From: the human T2T-CHM13v2.0 reference genome, Homo sapiens
Direction: 5' to 3' (one strand)
Length of the DNA stretch: 64,000 bases
Assembly (NCBI RefSeq): GCF_009914755.1
Contig: NC_060938.1
Below the pieces are notes generated by a model. That model searched no databases, was not told where the DNA came from, and was given only the letters and a program-made list of their open reading frames with translations. Each line of letters opens with the position of its first letter. Positions within the stretch are counted from its first letter, which is position 1. Below are positions 1-11,800 of the stretch, in pieces. A program made the position numbers and the translations under genes.

Positions 1-11
1 CATTTAGAAAG

Positions 12-21
12 GAGGCGGGGT
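12..21 (+). promoter_or_regulatory. Sp/KLF GC-box motif match GAGGCGGGGT (first instance; present in nearly every monomer); function not shown
   Basis: Matches the classical Sp1 decamer (G/T)(G/A)GGCG(G/T)(G/A)(G/A)(C/T). This is a motif match only, with no evidence of binding. Confidence 0.3.
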
Positions 22-576
22 CAGAGGAATAGAAAGGGACAGGGCTGAAGAACAGAGGTCGCTGCATTTAGAAAGGAGGCGGGGTCAGAGGAATAGAAAG
101 GGACAGGACAGAAGAACACAGGTCGCTGCATTTAGAAAGGAGGCGGGGTCAGAGGAATAGAAAGGGATAGGGCTGAAGAACAGAGGTCGCTGCATTTAGA
201 AAGGAGGCGGGGTCAGAGGAATAGAAATGGACAGGGCTGAAGAACAGAGGTCGCTGCATTTAGAAAGGAGGCGGGGTCAGAGGAATAGAAAGGGATAGGC
301 CTGAAGAACACAGGTCGCTGCATTTAGAAAGGAGGCGGGGTCAGAGGAATAGAAAGGGATAGGGCTGAAGAACAGAGGTCGCTGCATTTAGAAAGGAGGC
401 GGGGTCAGAGGAATAGAAAGGGATAGGGCTGAAGAACACAGGTCGCTGCATTTAGAAAGGAGTCGGGGTCAGAGGAATAGAAAGGGATAGGACTGAAGAA
501 CACAGGTCGCTGCATTTAGAAAGGAGTCGGGGTCAGAGGAATAGAAAGGGATAGGACTGAAGAACACAGGTCGCTG

Positions 577-3500
577 CATTTAGAAAGGAGGCGGGGTCAG
601 AGGAATAGAAAGGGACAGGACTGAAGAACACAGGTCGCTGCATTTAGAAAGGAGTCGGGGTCAGAGGAATAGAAAGGGATAGGACTGAAGAACACAGGTC
701 GCTGCATTTAGAAAGGAGGCGGGGTCAGAGGAATAGAAAGGGATAGGGCTGAAGAACACAGGTCGCTGCATTTAGAAAGGAGGCGGGGTCAGAGGAATAG
801 AAAGGGATAGGCCTGAAGAACACAGGTCGCTGCATTTAGAAAGGAGGCGGGGTCAGAGGAATAGAAAGGGATAGGGCTGAAGAACAGAGGTCGCTGCATT
901 TAGAAAGGAGGCGGGGTCAGAGGAATAGAAAGGGACAGGGCTGAAGAACAGAGGTCGCTGCATTTAGAAAGGAGGCGGGGTCAGAGGAATAGAAAGGGAC
1001 AGGACAGAAGAACACAGGTCGCTGCATTTAGAAAGGAGGCGGGGTCAGAGGAATAGAAAGGGATAGGGCTGAAGAACAGAGGTCGCTGCATTTAGAAAGG
1101 AGGCGGGGTCAGAGGAATAGAAATGGACAGGGCTGAAGAACAGAGGTCGCTGCATTTAGAAAGGAGGCGGGGTCAGAGGAATAGAAAGGGATAGGCCTGA
1201 AGAACACAGGTCGCTGCATTTAGAAAGGAGGCGGGGTCAGAGGAATAGAAAGGGATAGGGCTGAAGAACAGAGGTCGCTGCATTTAGAAAGGAGGCGGGG
1301 TCAGAGGAATAGAAAGGGACAGGGCTGAAGAACACAGGTCGCTGCATTTAGAAAGGAGTCGGGGTCAGAGGAATAGAAAGGGATAGGACTGAAGAACACA
1401 GGTCGCTGCATTTAGAAAGGAGGCGGGGTCAGAGGAATAGAAAGGGATAGGGCTGAAGAACACAGGTCGCTGCATTTAGAAAGGAGGCGGGGTCAGAGGA
1501 ATAGAAAGGGATAGGCCTGAAGAACACAGGTCGCTGCATTTAGAAAGGAGGCGGGGTCAGAGGAATAGAAAGGGATAGGGCTGAAGAACAGAGGTCGCTG
1601 CATTTAGAAAGGAGGCGGGGTCAGAGGAATAGAAAGGGACAGGGCTGAAGAACACAGGTCGCTGCATTTAGAAAGGAGGCGGGGTCAGAGGAATAGAAAG
1701 GGATAGGGCTGAAGAACACAGGTCGCTGCATTTAGAAAGGAGGCGGGGTCAGAGGAATAGAAAGGGATAGGGCTGAAGAACAGAGGTCGCTGCATTTAGA
1801 AAGGAGGCGGGGTCAGAGGAATAGAAAGGGATAGGCCTGAAGAACACAGGTCGCTGCATTTAGAAAGGAGGCGGGGTCAGAGGAATAGAAAGGGATAGGG
1901 CTGAAGAACAGAGGTCGCTGCATTTAGAAAGGAGGCGGGGTCAGAGGAATAGAAAGGGACAGGGCTGAAGAACACAGGTCGCTGCATTTAGAAAGGAGGC
2001 GGGGTCAGAGGAATAGAAAGGGATAGGGCTGAAGAACACAGGTCGCTGCATTTAGAAAGGAGGCGGGGTCAGAGGAATAGAAAGGGACAGGGCTGAAGAA
2101 CAGAGGTCGCTGCATTTAGAAAGGAGGCGGGGTCAGAGGAATAGAAAGGGACAGGGCTGAAGAACACAGGTCGCTGCATTTAGAAAGGAGGCGGGGTCAG
2201 AGGAATAGAAAGGGATAGGGCTGAAGAACACAGGTCGCAGCATTTAGAAAGGAGGCGGGGTCAGAGGAATAGAAAGGGACAGGGCTGAAGAACACAGGTC
2301 GCTGCATTTAGAAAGGAGGCGGGGTCAGAGGAATAGAAAGGGACAGGGCTGAAGAACACAGGTCGCTGCATTTAGAAAGGAGGCGGGGTCAGAAGAATAG
2401 AAAGGGATAGGCCTGAAGAACAGAGGTCGCTGCATTTAGAAAGGAGGCGGGGTCAGAGGAATAGAAAGGGATAGGGATGAAGAACACAGGTCGCTGCATT
2501 TAGAAAGGAGGCGGGGTCAGAGGAATAGAAAGGGATAGGCCTGAAGAACAGAGGTCGCTGCATTTAGAAAGGAGGCGGGGTCAGAGGAATAGAAAGGGAT
2601 AGGGATGAAGAACAGAGGTCGCTGCATTTAGAAAGGAGGCGGGGTCAGAGGAATAGAAAGGGTCAGGTCTGAAGAACAGAGGTCGCTGCATTTAGAAAGG
2701 AGGCGGGGTCAGAGGAATAGAAAGGGACAGGTCTGAAGAACACAGGTCGCTGCATTTAGAAAGGAGGCGGGGTCAGAGGAATAGAAAGGGATAGGGCTGA
2801 AGAACACAGGTCGCTGCATTTAGAAAGGAGGCGGGGTCAGAGGAATAGAAAGGGATAGGGCTGAAGAACACAGGTCGCTGCATTTAGAAAGGAGGCGGGG
2901 TCAGAGGAATAGAAAGGGATAGGCCTGAAGAACACAGGTCGCTGCATTTAGAAAGGAGGCGGGGTTAGAGGAATAGAAAGGGACAGGGCTGAAGAACACA
3001 GGTCGCTGCATTTAGAAAGGAGGCGGGGTCAGAGGAATAGAAAGGGACAGGGCTGAAGAACACAGGTCGCTGCATTTAGAAAGGAAGCGGGGTCAGAGGA
3101 ATAGAAAGGGACAGGGCTGAAGAACACAGGTCGCTGCATTTAGAAAGGAGGCGGGGTCAGAGGAATAGAAAGGGACAGGGCTGAAGAACACAGGTCGCTG
3201 CATTTAGAAAGGAGGCGGGGTCAGAGGAATAGAAAGGGACAGGGCTGAAGAACACAGGTCGCTGCCTTTAGAAAGGAGGCGGGGTCAGAGGAATAGAAAG
3301 GGACAGGACTGAAGAACACAGGTCGCTGCATTTAGAAAGGAGGCGGGGTCAGAGGAATAGAAAGGGACAGGGCTGAAGAACAGAGGTCGCTGCATTTAGA
3401 AAGGAGGCGGGGTCAGAGGAATAGAAAGGGACAGGGCTGAAGAACAGAGGTCGCTGCATTTAGAAAGGAGGCGGGGTCAGAGGAATAGAAAGGGACAGGG

Positions 3501-6500
3501 CTGAAGAACAGAGGTCGCTGCATTTAGAAAGGAGGCGGGGTCAGAGGAATAGAAAGGGACAGGGCTGAAGAACACAGGTCGCTGCATTTAGAAAGGAGGC
3601 GGGGTCAGAGGAATAGAAAGGGATAGGACTGAAGAACAGAGTTCGCTGCATTTAGAAAGGAGGCGGGGTCAGAAGAATAGAAAGGGACAGGGCTGAAGAA
3701 CACAGGTCGCTGCATTTAGAAAGGAGGCGGGGTCAGAGGAATAGAAAGGGACAGGGCTGAAGAACACAGGTCGCTGCCTTTAGAAAGGAGGCGGGGTCAG
3801 AGGAATAGAAAGGGACAGGACTGAAGAACACAGGTCGCTGCATTTAGAAAGGAGGCGGGGTCAGAGGAATAGAAAGGGACAGGGCTGAAGAACAGAGGTC
3901 GCTGCATTTAGAAAGGAGGCGGGGTCAGAGGAATAGAAAGGGACAGGGCTGAAGAACAGAGGTCGCTGCATTTAGAAAGGAGGCGGGGTCAGAGGAATAG
4001 AAAGGGACAGGGCTGAAGAACAGAGGTCGCTGCATTTAGAAAGGAGGCGGGGTCAGAGGAATAGAAAGGGACAGGGCTGAAGAACACAGGTCACTGCATT
4101 TAGAAAGGAGGCGGGGTCAGAGGAATAGAAAGGGACAGGGCTGAAGAACACAGGTCGCTGCATTTAGAAAGGAGGCGGGGTCAGAGGAATAGAAAGGGAC
4201 AGGGCTGAAGAACACAGGTCGCTGCATTTAGAAAGGAGGCGGGGTCAGAGGAATAGAAAGGGACAGGGCTGAAGAACACAGGTCGCTGCATTTAGAAAGG
4301 AGGCGGGGTCAGAGGAATAGAAAGGGATGGGGCTGAAGAACAGAGGTCGCTGCATTTAGAAAGGAGGCGGGGTCAGTAGAATAGAAAGGGACAGGACAGA
4401 AGAACACAGGTCGCTGCATTTAGAAAGGAGACGGGGTCAGAGGAATAGAAAGGGACAGGGCTGAAGAACACAGGTCGCTGCATTTAGAAAGGAGGCGGGG
4501 TCAGAGGAATAGAAAGGGATAGGGCTGAAGAACACAGGTCGCTGCATTTAGAAAGGAGGCGGGGTCAGAGGAATAGAAAGGGACAGGGCTGAAGAACAGA
4601 GGTGGCTGCATTTAGAAAGGAGGCGGGGTCAGAGGAATAGAAAGGGACGGGGCTGAAGAACAGAGGTCGCTGCATTTAGAAAGGAGGCGGGGTCAGAGGA
4701 ATAGAAAGGGACGGGGCTGAAGAACACAGGTCGCTGCATTTAGAAAGGAGGCGGGGTCAGAGGAATAGAAAGGGATAGGGCTGAAGAACAGAGGTCGCTG
4801 CATTTAGAAAGGAGGCGGGGTCAGAGGAATAGAAAGGGATAGGCCTGAAGAACAGAGGTCGCTGCATTTAGAAAGGAGGCGGGGTCAGAGGAATAGAAAG
4901 GGATAGGGATGAAGAACACAGGTCGCTGCATTTAGAAAGGAGGCGGGGTCAGAGGAATAGAAAGGGATAGGCCTGAAGAACAGAGGTCGCTGCATTTAGA
5001 AAGGAGGCGGGGTCAGAGGAATAGAAAGGGATAGGGATGAAGAACAGAGGTCGCTGCATTTAGAAAGGAGGCGGGGTCAGAGGAATAGAAAGGGTCAGGC
5101 CTGAAGAACAGAGGTCGCTGCATTTAGAAAGGATGCGGGGTCAGAGGAATAGAAAGGGACAGGACTGAAGAACACAGGTCGCTGCATTTAGAAAGGAGGC
5201 GGGGTCAGAGGAATAGAAAGGGATAGGGCTGAAGAACACAGGTCGCTGCATTTAGAAAGGAGGCGGGGTCAGAGGAATAGAAAGGGATAGGGCTGAAGAA
5301 CACAGGTCGCTTCATTTAGAAAGGAGGCGGGGTCAGAGGAATAGAAAGGGATAGGGCTGAAGAACACAGGTCGCTGCATTTAGAAAGGAGGCGGGGTTAG
5401 AGGAATAGAAAGGGACAGGGCTGAAGAACACAGGTCGCTGCATTTAGAAAGGAGGCGGGGTCAGAGGAATAGAAAGGGACAGGGCTGAAGAACACAGGTC
5501 GCTGCATTTAGAAAGGAGGCGGGGTCAGAGGAATAGAAAGGGACAGGGCTGAAGAACACAGGTCGCTGCATTTAGAAAGGAGGCGGGGTCAGAGGAATAG
5601 AAAGGGATAGGACTGAAGAACAGAGGTCGCTGCATTTAGAAAGGAGGCGGGGTCAGAGGAATAGAAAGGGATAGGGATGAAGAACACAGGTCGCTGCATT
5701 TAGAAAGGAGGCGGGGTTAGAGGAATAGAAAGGGATAGGCCTGAAGAACACAGGTCGCTGCATTTAGAAAGGAGGGGGGTCAGAGGAATAGAAAGGGACA
5801 GGGCTGAAGAACAGAGGTCGCTGCATTTAGAAAGGAGGCGGGGTCAGAGGAATAGAAAGGGACAGGGCTGAAGAACAGAGGTCGCTGCATTTAGAAAGGA
5901 GGCGGGGTCAGAGGAATAGAAAGGGACAGGGCTGAAGAACAGAGGTCGCTGCATTTAGAAAGGAGGCGGGGTCAGAGGAATAGAAAGGGACAGGACAGAA
6001 GAACACAGGTCGCTGCATTTAGAAAGGAGGCGGGGTCAGAGGAATAGAAAGGGATAGGGCTGAAGAACAGAGGTCGCTGCATTTAGAAAGGAGGCGGGGT
6101 CAGAGGAATAGAAATGGACAGGGCTGAAGAACAGAGGTCGCTGCATTTAGAAAGGAGGCGGGGTCAGAGGAATAGAAAGGGATAGGCCTGAAGAACACAG
6201 GTCGCTGCATTTAGAAAGGAGGCGGGGTCAGAGGAATAGAAAGGGATAGGGCTGAAGAACAGAGGTCGCTGCATTTAGAAAGGAGGCGGGGTCAGAGGAA
6301 TAGAAAGGGACAGGACTGAAGAACACAGGTCGCTGCATTTAGAAAGGAGGCGGGGTCAGAGGAATAGAAAGGGACAGGACTGAAGAACACAGGTCGCTGC
6401 ATTTAGAAAGGAGTCGGGGTCAGAGGAATAGAAAGGGATAGGACTGAAGAACACAGGTCGCTGCATTTAGAAAGGAGGCGGGGTCAGAGGAATAGAAAGG

Positions 6501-8895
6501 GATAGGGCTGAAGAACACAGGTCGCTGCATTTAGAAAGGAGGCGGGGTCAGAGGAATAGAAAGGGATAGGCCTGAAGAACACAGGTCGCTGCATTTAGAA
6601 AGGAGGCGGGGTCAGAGGAATAGAAAGGGATAGGGCTGAAGAACAGAGGTCGCTGCATTTAGAAAGGAGGCGGGGTCAGAGGAATAGAAAGGGACAGGGC
6701 TGAAGAACAGAGGTCGCTGCATTTAGAAAGGAGGCGGGGTCAGAGGAATAGAAAGGGACAGGACAGAAGAACACAGGTCGCTGCATTTAGAAAGGAGGCG
6801 GGGTCAGAGGAATAGAAAGGGATAGGGCTGAAGAACAGAGGTCGCTGCATTTAGAAAGGAGGCGGGGTCAGAGGAATAGAAATGGACAGGGCTGAAGAAC
6901 AGAGGTCGCTGCATTTAGAAAGGAGGCGGGGTCAGAGGAATAGAAAGGGATAGGCCTGAAGAACACAGGTCGCTGCATTTAGAAAGGAGGCGGGGTCAGA
7001 GGAATAGAAAGGGATAGGGCTGAAGAACAGAGGTCGCTGCATTTAGAAAGGAGGCGGGGTCAGAGGAATAGAAAGGGACAGGGCTGAAGAACACAGGTCG
7101 CTGCATTTAGAAAGGAGTCGGGGTCAGAGGAATAGAAAGGGATAGGACTGAAGAACACAGGTCGCTGCATTTAGAAAGGAGGCGGGGTCAGAGGAATAGA
7201 AAGGGATAGGGCTGAAGAACACAGGTCGCTGCATTTAGAAAGGAGGCGGGGTCAGAGGAATAGAAAGGGATAGGCCTGAAGAACACAGGTCGCTGCATTT
7301 AGAAAGGAGGCGGGGTCAGAGGAATAGAAAGGGATAGGGCTGAAGAACAGAGGTCGCTGCATTTAGAAAGGAGGCGGGGTCAGAGGAATAGAAAGGGACA
7401 GGGCTGAAGAACACAGGTCGCTGCATTTAGAAAGGAGGCGGGGTCAGAGGAATAGAAAGGGATAGGGCTGAAGAACACAGGTCGCTGCATTTAGAAAGGA
7501 GGCGGGGTCAGAGGAATAGAAAGGGATAGGGCTGAAGAACAGAGGTCGCTGCATTTAGAAAGGAGGCGGGGTCAGAGGAATAGAAAGGGATAGGCCTGAA
7601 GAACACAGGTCGCTGCATTTAGAAAGGAGGCGGGGTCAGAGGAATAGAAAGGGATAGGGCTGAAGAACAGAGGTCGCTGCATTTAGAAAGGAGGCGGGGT
7701 CAGAGGAATAGAAAGGGACAGGGCTGAAGAACACAGGTCGCTGCATTTAGAAAGGAGGCGGGGTCAGAGGAATAGAAAGGGATAGGGCTGAAGAACACAG
7801 GTCGCTGCATTTAGAAAGGAGGCGGGGTCAGAGGAATAGAAAGGGACAGGGCTGAAGAACAGAGGTCGCTGCATTTAGAAAGGAGGCGGGGTCAGAGGAA
7901 TAGAAAGGGACAGGGCTGAAGAACACAGGTCGCTGCATTTAGAAAGGAGGCGGGGTCAGAGGAATAGAAAGGGATAGGGCTGAAGAACACAGGTCGCAGC
8001 ATTTAGAAAGGAGGCGGGGTCAGAGGAATAGAAAGGGACAGGGCTGAAGAACACAGGTCGCTGCATTTAGAAAGGAGGCGGGGTCAGAGGAATAGAAAGG
8101 GACAGGGCTGAAGAACACAGGTCGCTGCATTTAGAAAGGAGGCGGGGTCAGAAGAATAGAAAGGGATAGGCCTGAAGAACAGAGGTCGCTGCATTTAGAA
8201 AGGAGGCGGGGTCAGAGGAATAGAAAGGGATAGGGATGAAGAACACAGGTCGCTGCATTTAGAAAGGAGGCGGGGTCAGAGGAATAGAAAGGGATAGGCC
8301 TGAAGAACAGAGGTCGCTGCATTTAGAAAGGAGGCGGGGTCAGAGGAATAGAAAGGGATAGGGATGAAGAACAGAGGTCGCTGCATTTAGAAAGGAGGCG
8401 GGGTCAGAGGAATAGAAAGGGTCAGGTCTGAAGAACAGAGGTCGCTGCATTTAGAAAGGAGGCGGGGTCAGAGGAATAGAAAGGGACAGGTCTGAAGAAC
8501 ACAGGTCGCTGCATTTAGAAAGGAGGCGGGGTCAGAGGAATAGAAAGGGATAGGGCTGAAGAACACAGGTCGCTGCATTTAGAAAGGAGGCGGGGTCAGA
8601 GGAATAGAAAGGGATAGGGCTGAAGAACACAGGTCGCTGCATTTAGAAAGGAGGCGGGGTCAGAGGAATAGAAAGGGATAGGCCTGAAGAACACAGGTCG
8701 CTGCATTTAGAAAGGAGGCGGGGTTAGAGGAATAGAAAGGGACAGGGCTGAAGAACACAGGTCGCTGCATTTAGAAAGGAGGCGGGGTCAGAGGAATAGA
8801 AAGGGACAGGGCTGAAGAACACAGGTCGCTGCATTTAGAAAGGAAGCGGGGTCAGAGGAATAGAAAGGGACAGGGCTGAAGAACACAGGTCGCTG
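577..8895 (+). repeat. Block duplication within the array: 577-3136 repeated at 6336-8895 (40 monomers, offset 5,759 bp)
   Basis: Rare variants recur at a constant offset of 5,759 (90 monomers minus the 1-bp deletion): G15>T at 655/6414, G36>T at 1124/6883, T63>A at 2239/7998, and the GGGTCAGGTCT and GGAAGC variants. Confidence 0.9.
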
Positions 8896-11800
8896 CATTT
8901 AGAAAGGAGGCGGGGTCAGAGGAATAGAAAGGGATAGGACTGAAGAACAGAGGTCGCTGCATTTAGAAAGGAGGCGGGGTCAGAGGAATAGAAAGGGACA
9001 GGGCTGAAGAACACAGGTCGCTGCATTTAGAAAGGAGGCGGGGTCAGAGGAATAGAAAGGGACAGGGCTGAAGAACACAGGTCGCTGCCTTTAGAAAGGA
9101 GGCGGGGTCAGAGGAATAGAAAGGGACAGGGCTGAAGAACAGAGGTCGCTGCATTTAGAAAGGAGGCGGGGTCAGAGGAATAGAAAGGGACAGGGCTGAA
9201 GAACAGAGGTCGCTGCATTTAGAAAGGAGGCGGGGTCAGAGGAATAGAAAGGGACAGGGCTGAAGAACAGAGGTCGCTGCATTTAGAAAGGAGGCGGGGT
9301 CAGAGGAATAGAAAGGGACAGGGCTGAAGAACAGAGGTCGCTGCATTTAGAAAGGAGGCGGGGTCAGAGGAATAGAAAGGGACAGGGCTGAAGAACACAG
9401 GTCGCTGCATTTAGAAAGGAGGCGGGGTCAGAGGAATAGAAAGGGACAGGGCTGAAGAACACAGGTCACTGCATTTAGAAAGGAGGCGGGGTCAGAGGAA
9501 TAGAAAGGGACAGGGCTGAAGAACACAGGTCGCTGCATTTAGAAAGGAGGCGGGGTCAGAGGAATAGAAAGGGACAGGGCTGAAGAACACAGGTCGCTGC
9601 ATTTAGAAAGGAGGCGGGGTCAGAGGAATAGAAAGGGACAGGGCTGAAGAACACAGGTCGCTGCATTTAGAAAGGAGGCGGGGTCAGAGGAATAGAAAGG
9701 GATGGGGCTGAAGAACAGAGGTCGCTGCATTTCGAAAGGAGCCGGGGTCAGAGGAATAGAAAGGGATGGGGCTGAAGAACAGAGGTCGCTGCATTTCGAA
9801 AGGAGGCGGGGTCAGAGGAATAGAAAGGGACGGGGCTGAAGAACACAGGTCGCTGCATTTAGAAAGGAGGCGGGGTCAGAGGAATAGAAAGGGACAGGGC
9901 TGAAGAACACAGGTCGCTGCATTTAGAAAGGAGGCGGGGTCAGAGGAATAGAAAGGGACAGGGCTGAAGAACACAGGTCGCTGCATTTAGAAAGGAGGCG
10001 GAGTCAGAGGAATAGAAAGGGACAGGACTGAAGAACAGAGGTCGCTGCATTTAGAAAGGAGGCGGGGTCAGAGGAATAGAAAGGGACAGGGCTGAAGAAC
10101 ACAGGTCGCTGCATTTAGAAAGGAGGCGGGGTCAGAGGAATAGGAAGGGATAGGGCTGAAGAACAGAGGTCGCTGCATTTAGAAAGGAGGCGGGGTCAGA
10201 GGAATAGAAAGGGACAGGGCTGAAGAACAGAGGTCGCTGCATTTAGAAAGGAGGCGGGGTCAGAGGAATAGAAAGGGACAGGGCTGAAGAACAGAGGTCG
10301 CTGCATTTAGAAAGGAGGCGGGGTCAGAGGAATAGAAAGGGATAGGGCTGAAGAACACAGGTCGCTGCATTTAGAAAGGAGGCGGGGTTAGAGGAATAGA
10401 AAGGGACAGGGCTGAAGAACACAGGTCGCTGCATTTAGAAAGGAGGCGGGGTCAGAGGAATAGAAAGGGACAGGGCTGAAGAACACAGGTCGCTGCATTT
10501 AGAAAGGAAGCGGGGTCAGAGGAATAGAAAGGGACAGGGCTGAAGAACACAGGTCGCTGCATTTAGAAAGGAGGCGGGGTCAGAGGAATAGAAAGGGATA
10601 GGACTGAAGAACAGAGGTCGCTGCATTTAGAAAGGAGGCGGGGTCAGAGGAATAGAAAGGGACAGGGCTGAAGAACACAGGTCGCTGCATTTAGAAAGGA
10701 GGCGGGGTCAGAGGAATAGAAAGGGACAGGGCTGAAAAACACAGGTCGCTGCATTTAGAAAGGAGGCGGGGTCAGAGGAATAGAAAGGGACAGGGCTGAA
10801 GAACACAGGTCACTGCATTTAGAAAGGAGGCGGGGTCAGAGGAATAGAAAGGGACAGGGCTGAAGAACACAGGTCGCTGCATTTAGAAAGGAGGCGGGGT
10901 CAGAGGAATAGAAAGGGACAGGGCTGAAGAACACAGGTCGCTGCATTTAGAAAGGAGGCGGGGTCAGAGGAATAGAAAGGGACAGGGCTGAAGAACACAG
11001 GTCGCTGCATTTAGAAAGGAGGCGGGGTCAGAGGAATAGAAAGGGATGGGGCTGAAGAACAGAGGTCGCTGCATTTAGAAAGGAGGCGGGGTCAGAGGAA
11101 TAGAAAGGGATGGGGCTGAAGAACAGAGGTCGCTGCATTTCGAAAGGAGGCGGGGTCAGAGGAATAGAAAGGGACGGGGCTGAAGAACACAGGTCGCTGC
11201 ATTTAGAAAGGAGGCGGGGTCAGAGGAATAGAAAGGGACAGGGCTGAAGAACACAGGTCGCTGCATTTAGAAAGGAGGCGGGGTCAGAGGAATAGAAAGG
11301 GATAGGCCTGAAGAACACAGGTCGCTGCATTTAGAAAGGAGGCGGGGTCAGAGGAATAGAAAGGGATAGGCCTGAAGAACACAGGTCGCTGCATTTAGAA
11401 AGGAGGCGGGGTCAGAGGAATAGAAAGGGATAGGGCTGAAGAACAGAGGTCGCTGCATTTAGAAAGGAGGCGGGGTCAGAGGAATAGAAAGGGACAGGGC
11501 TGAAGAACACAGGTCGCTGCATTTAGAAAGGAGGCGGGGTCAGAGGAATAGAAAGGGATAGGGCTGAAGAACACAGGTCGCTGCATTTAGAAAGGAGGCG
11601 GGGTCAGAGGAATAGAAAGGGATAGGGCTGAAGAACAGAGGTCGCTGCATTTAGAAAGGAGGCGGGGTCAGAGGAATAGAAAGGGATAGGCCTGAAGAAC
11701 ACAGGTCGCTGCATTTAGAAAGGAGGCGGGGTCAGAGGAATAGAAAGGGATAGGGCTGAAGAACAGAGGTCGCTGCATTTAGAAAGGAGGCGGGGTCAGA

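Noticed and set aside
6-39. H-DNA (triplex) from purine runs
   Set aside because: The purine tracts are 10 nt or shorter, interrupted by pyrimidines, and do not form a long mirror repeat.
49-63. AGAACA steroid-receptor half-site
   Set aside because: There is no TGTTCT partner at 3-nt spacing; the sequence there is GTCGCT.
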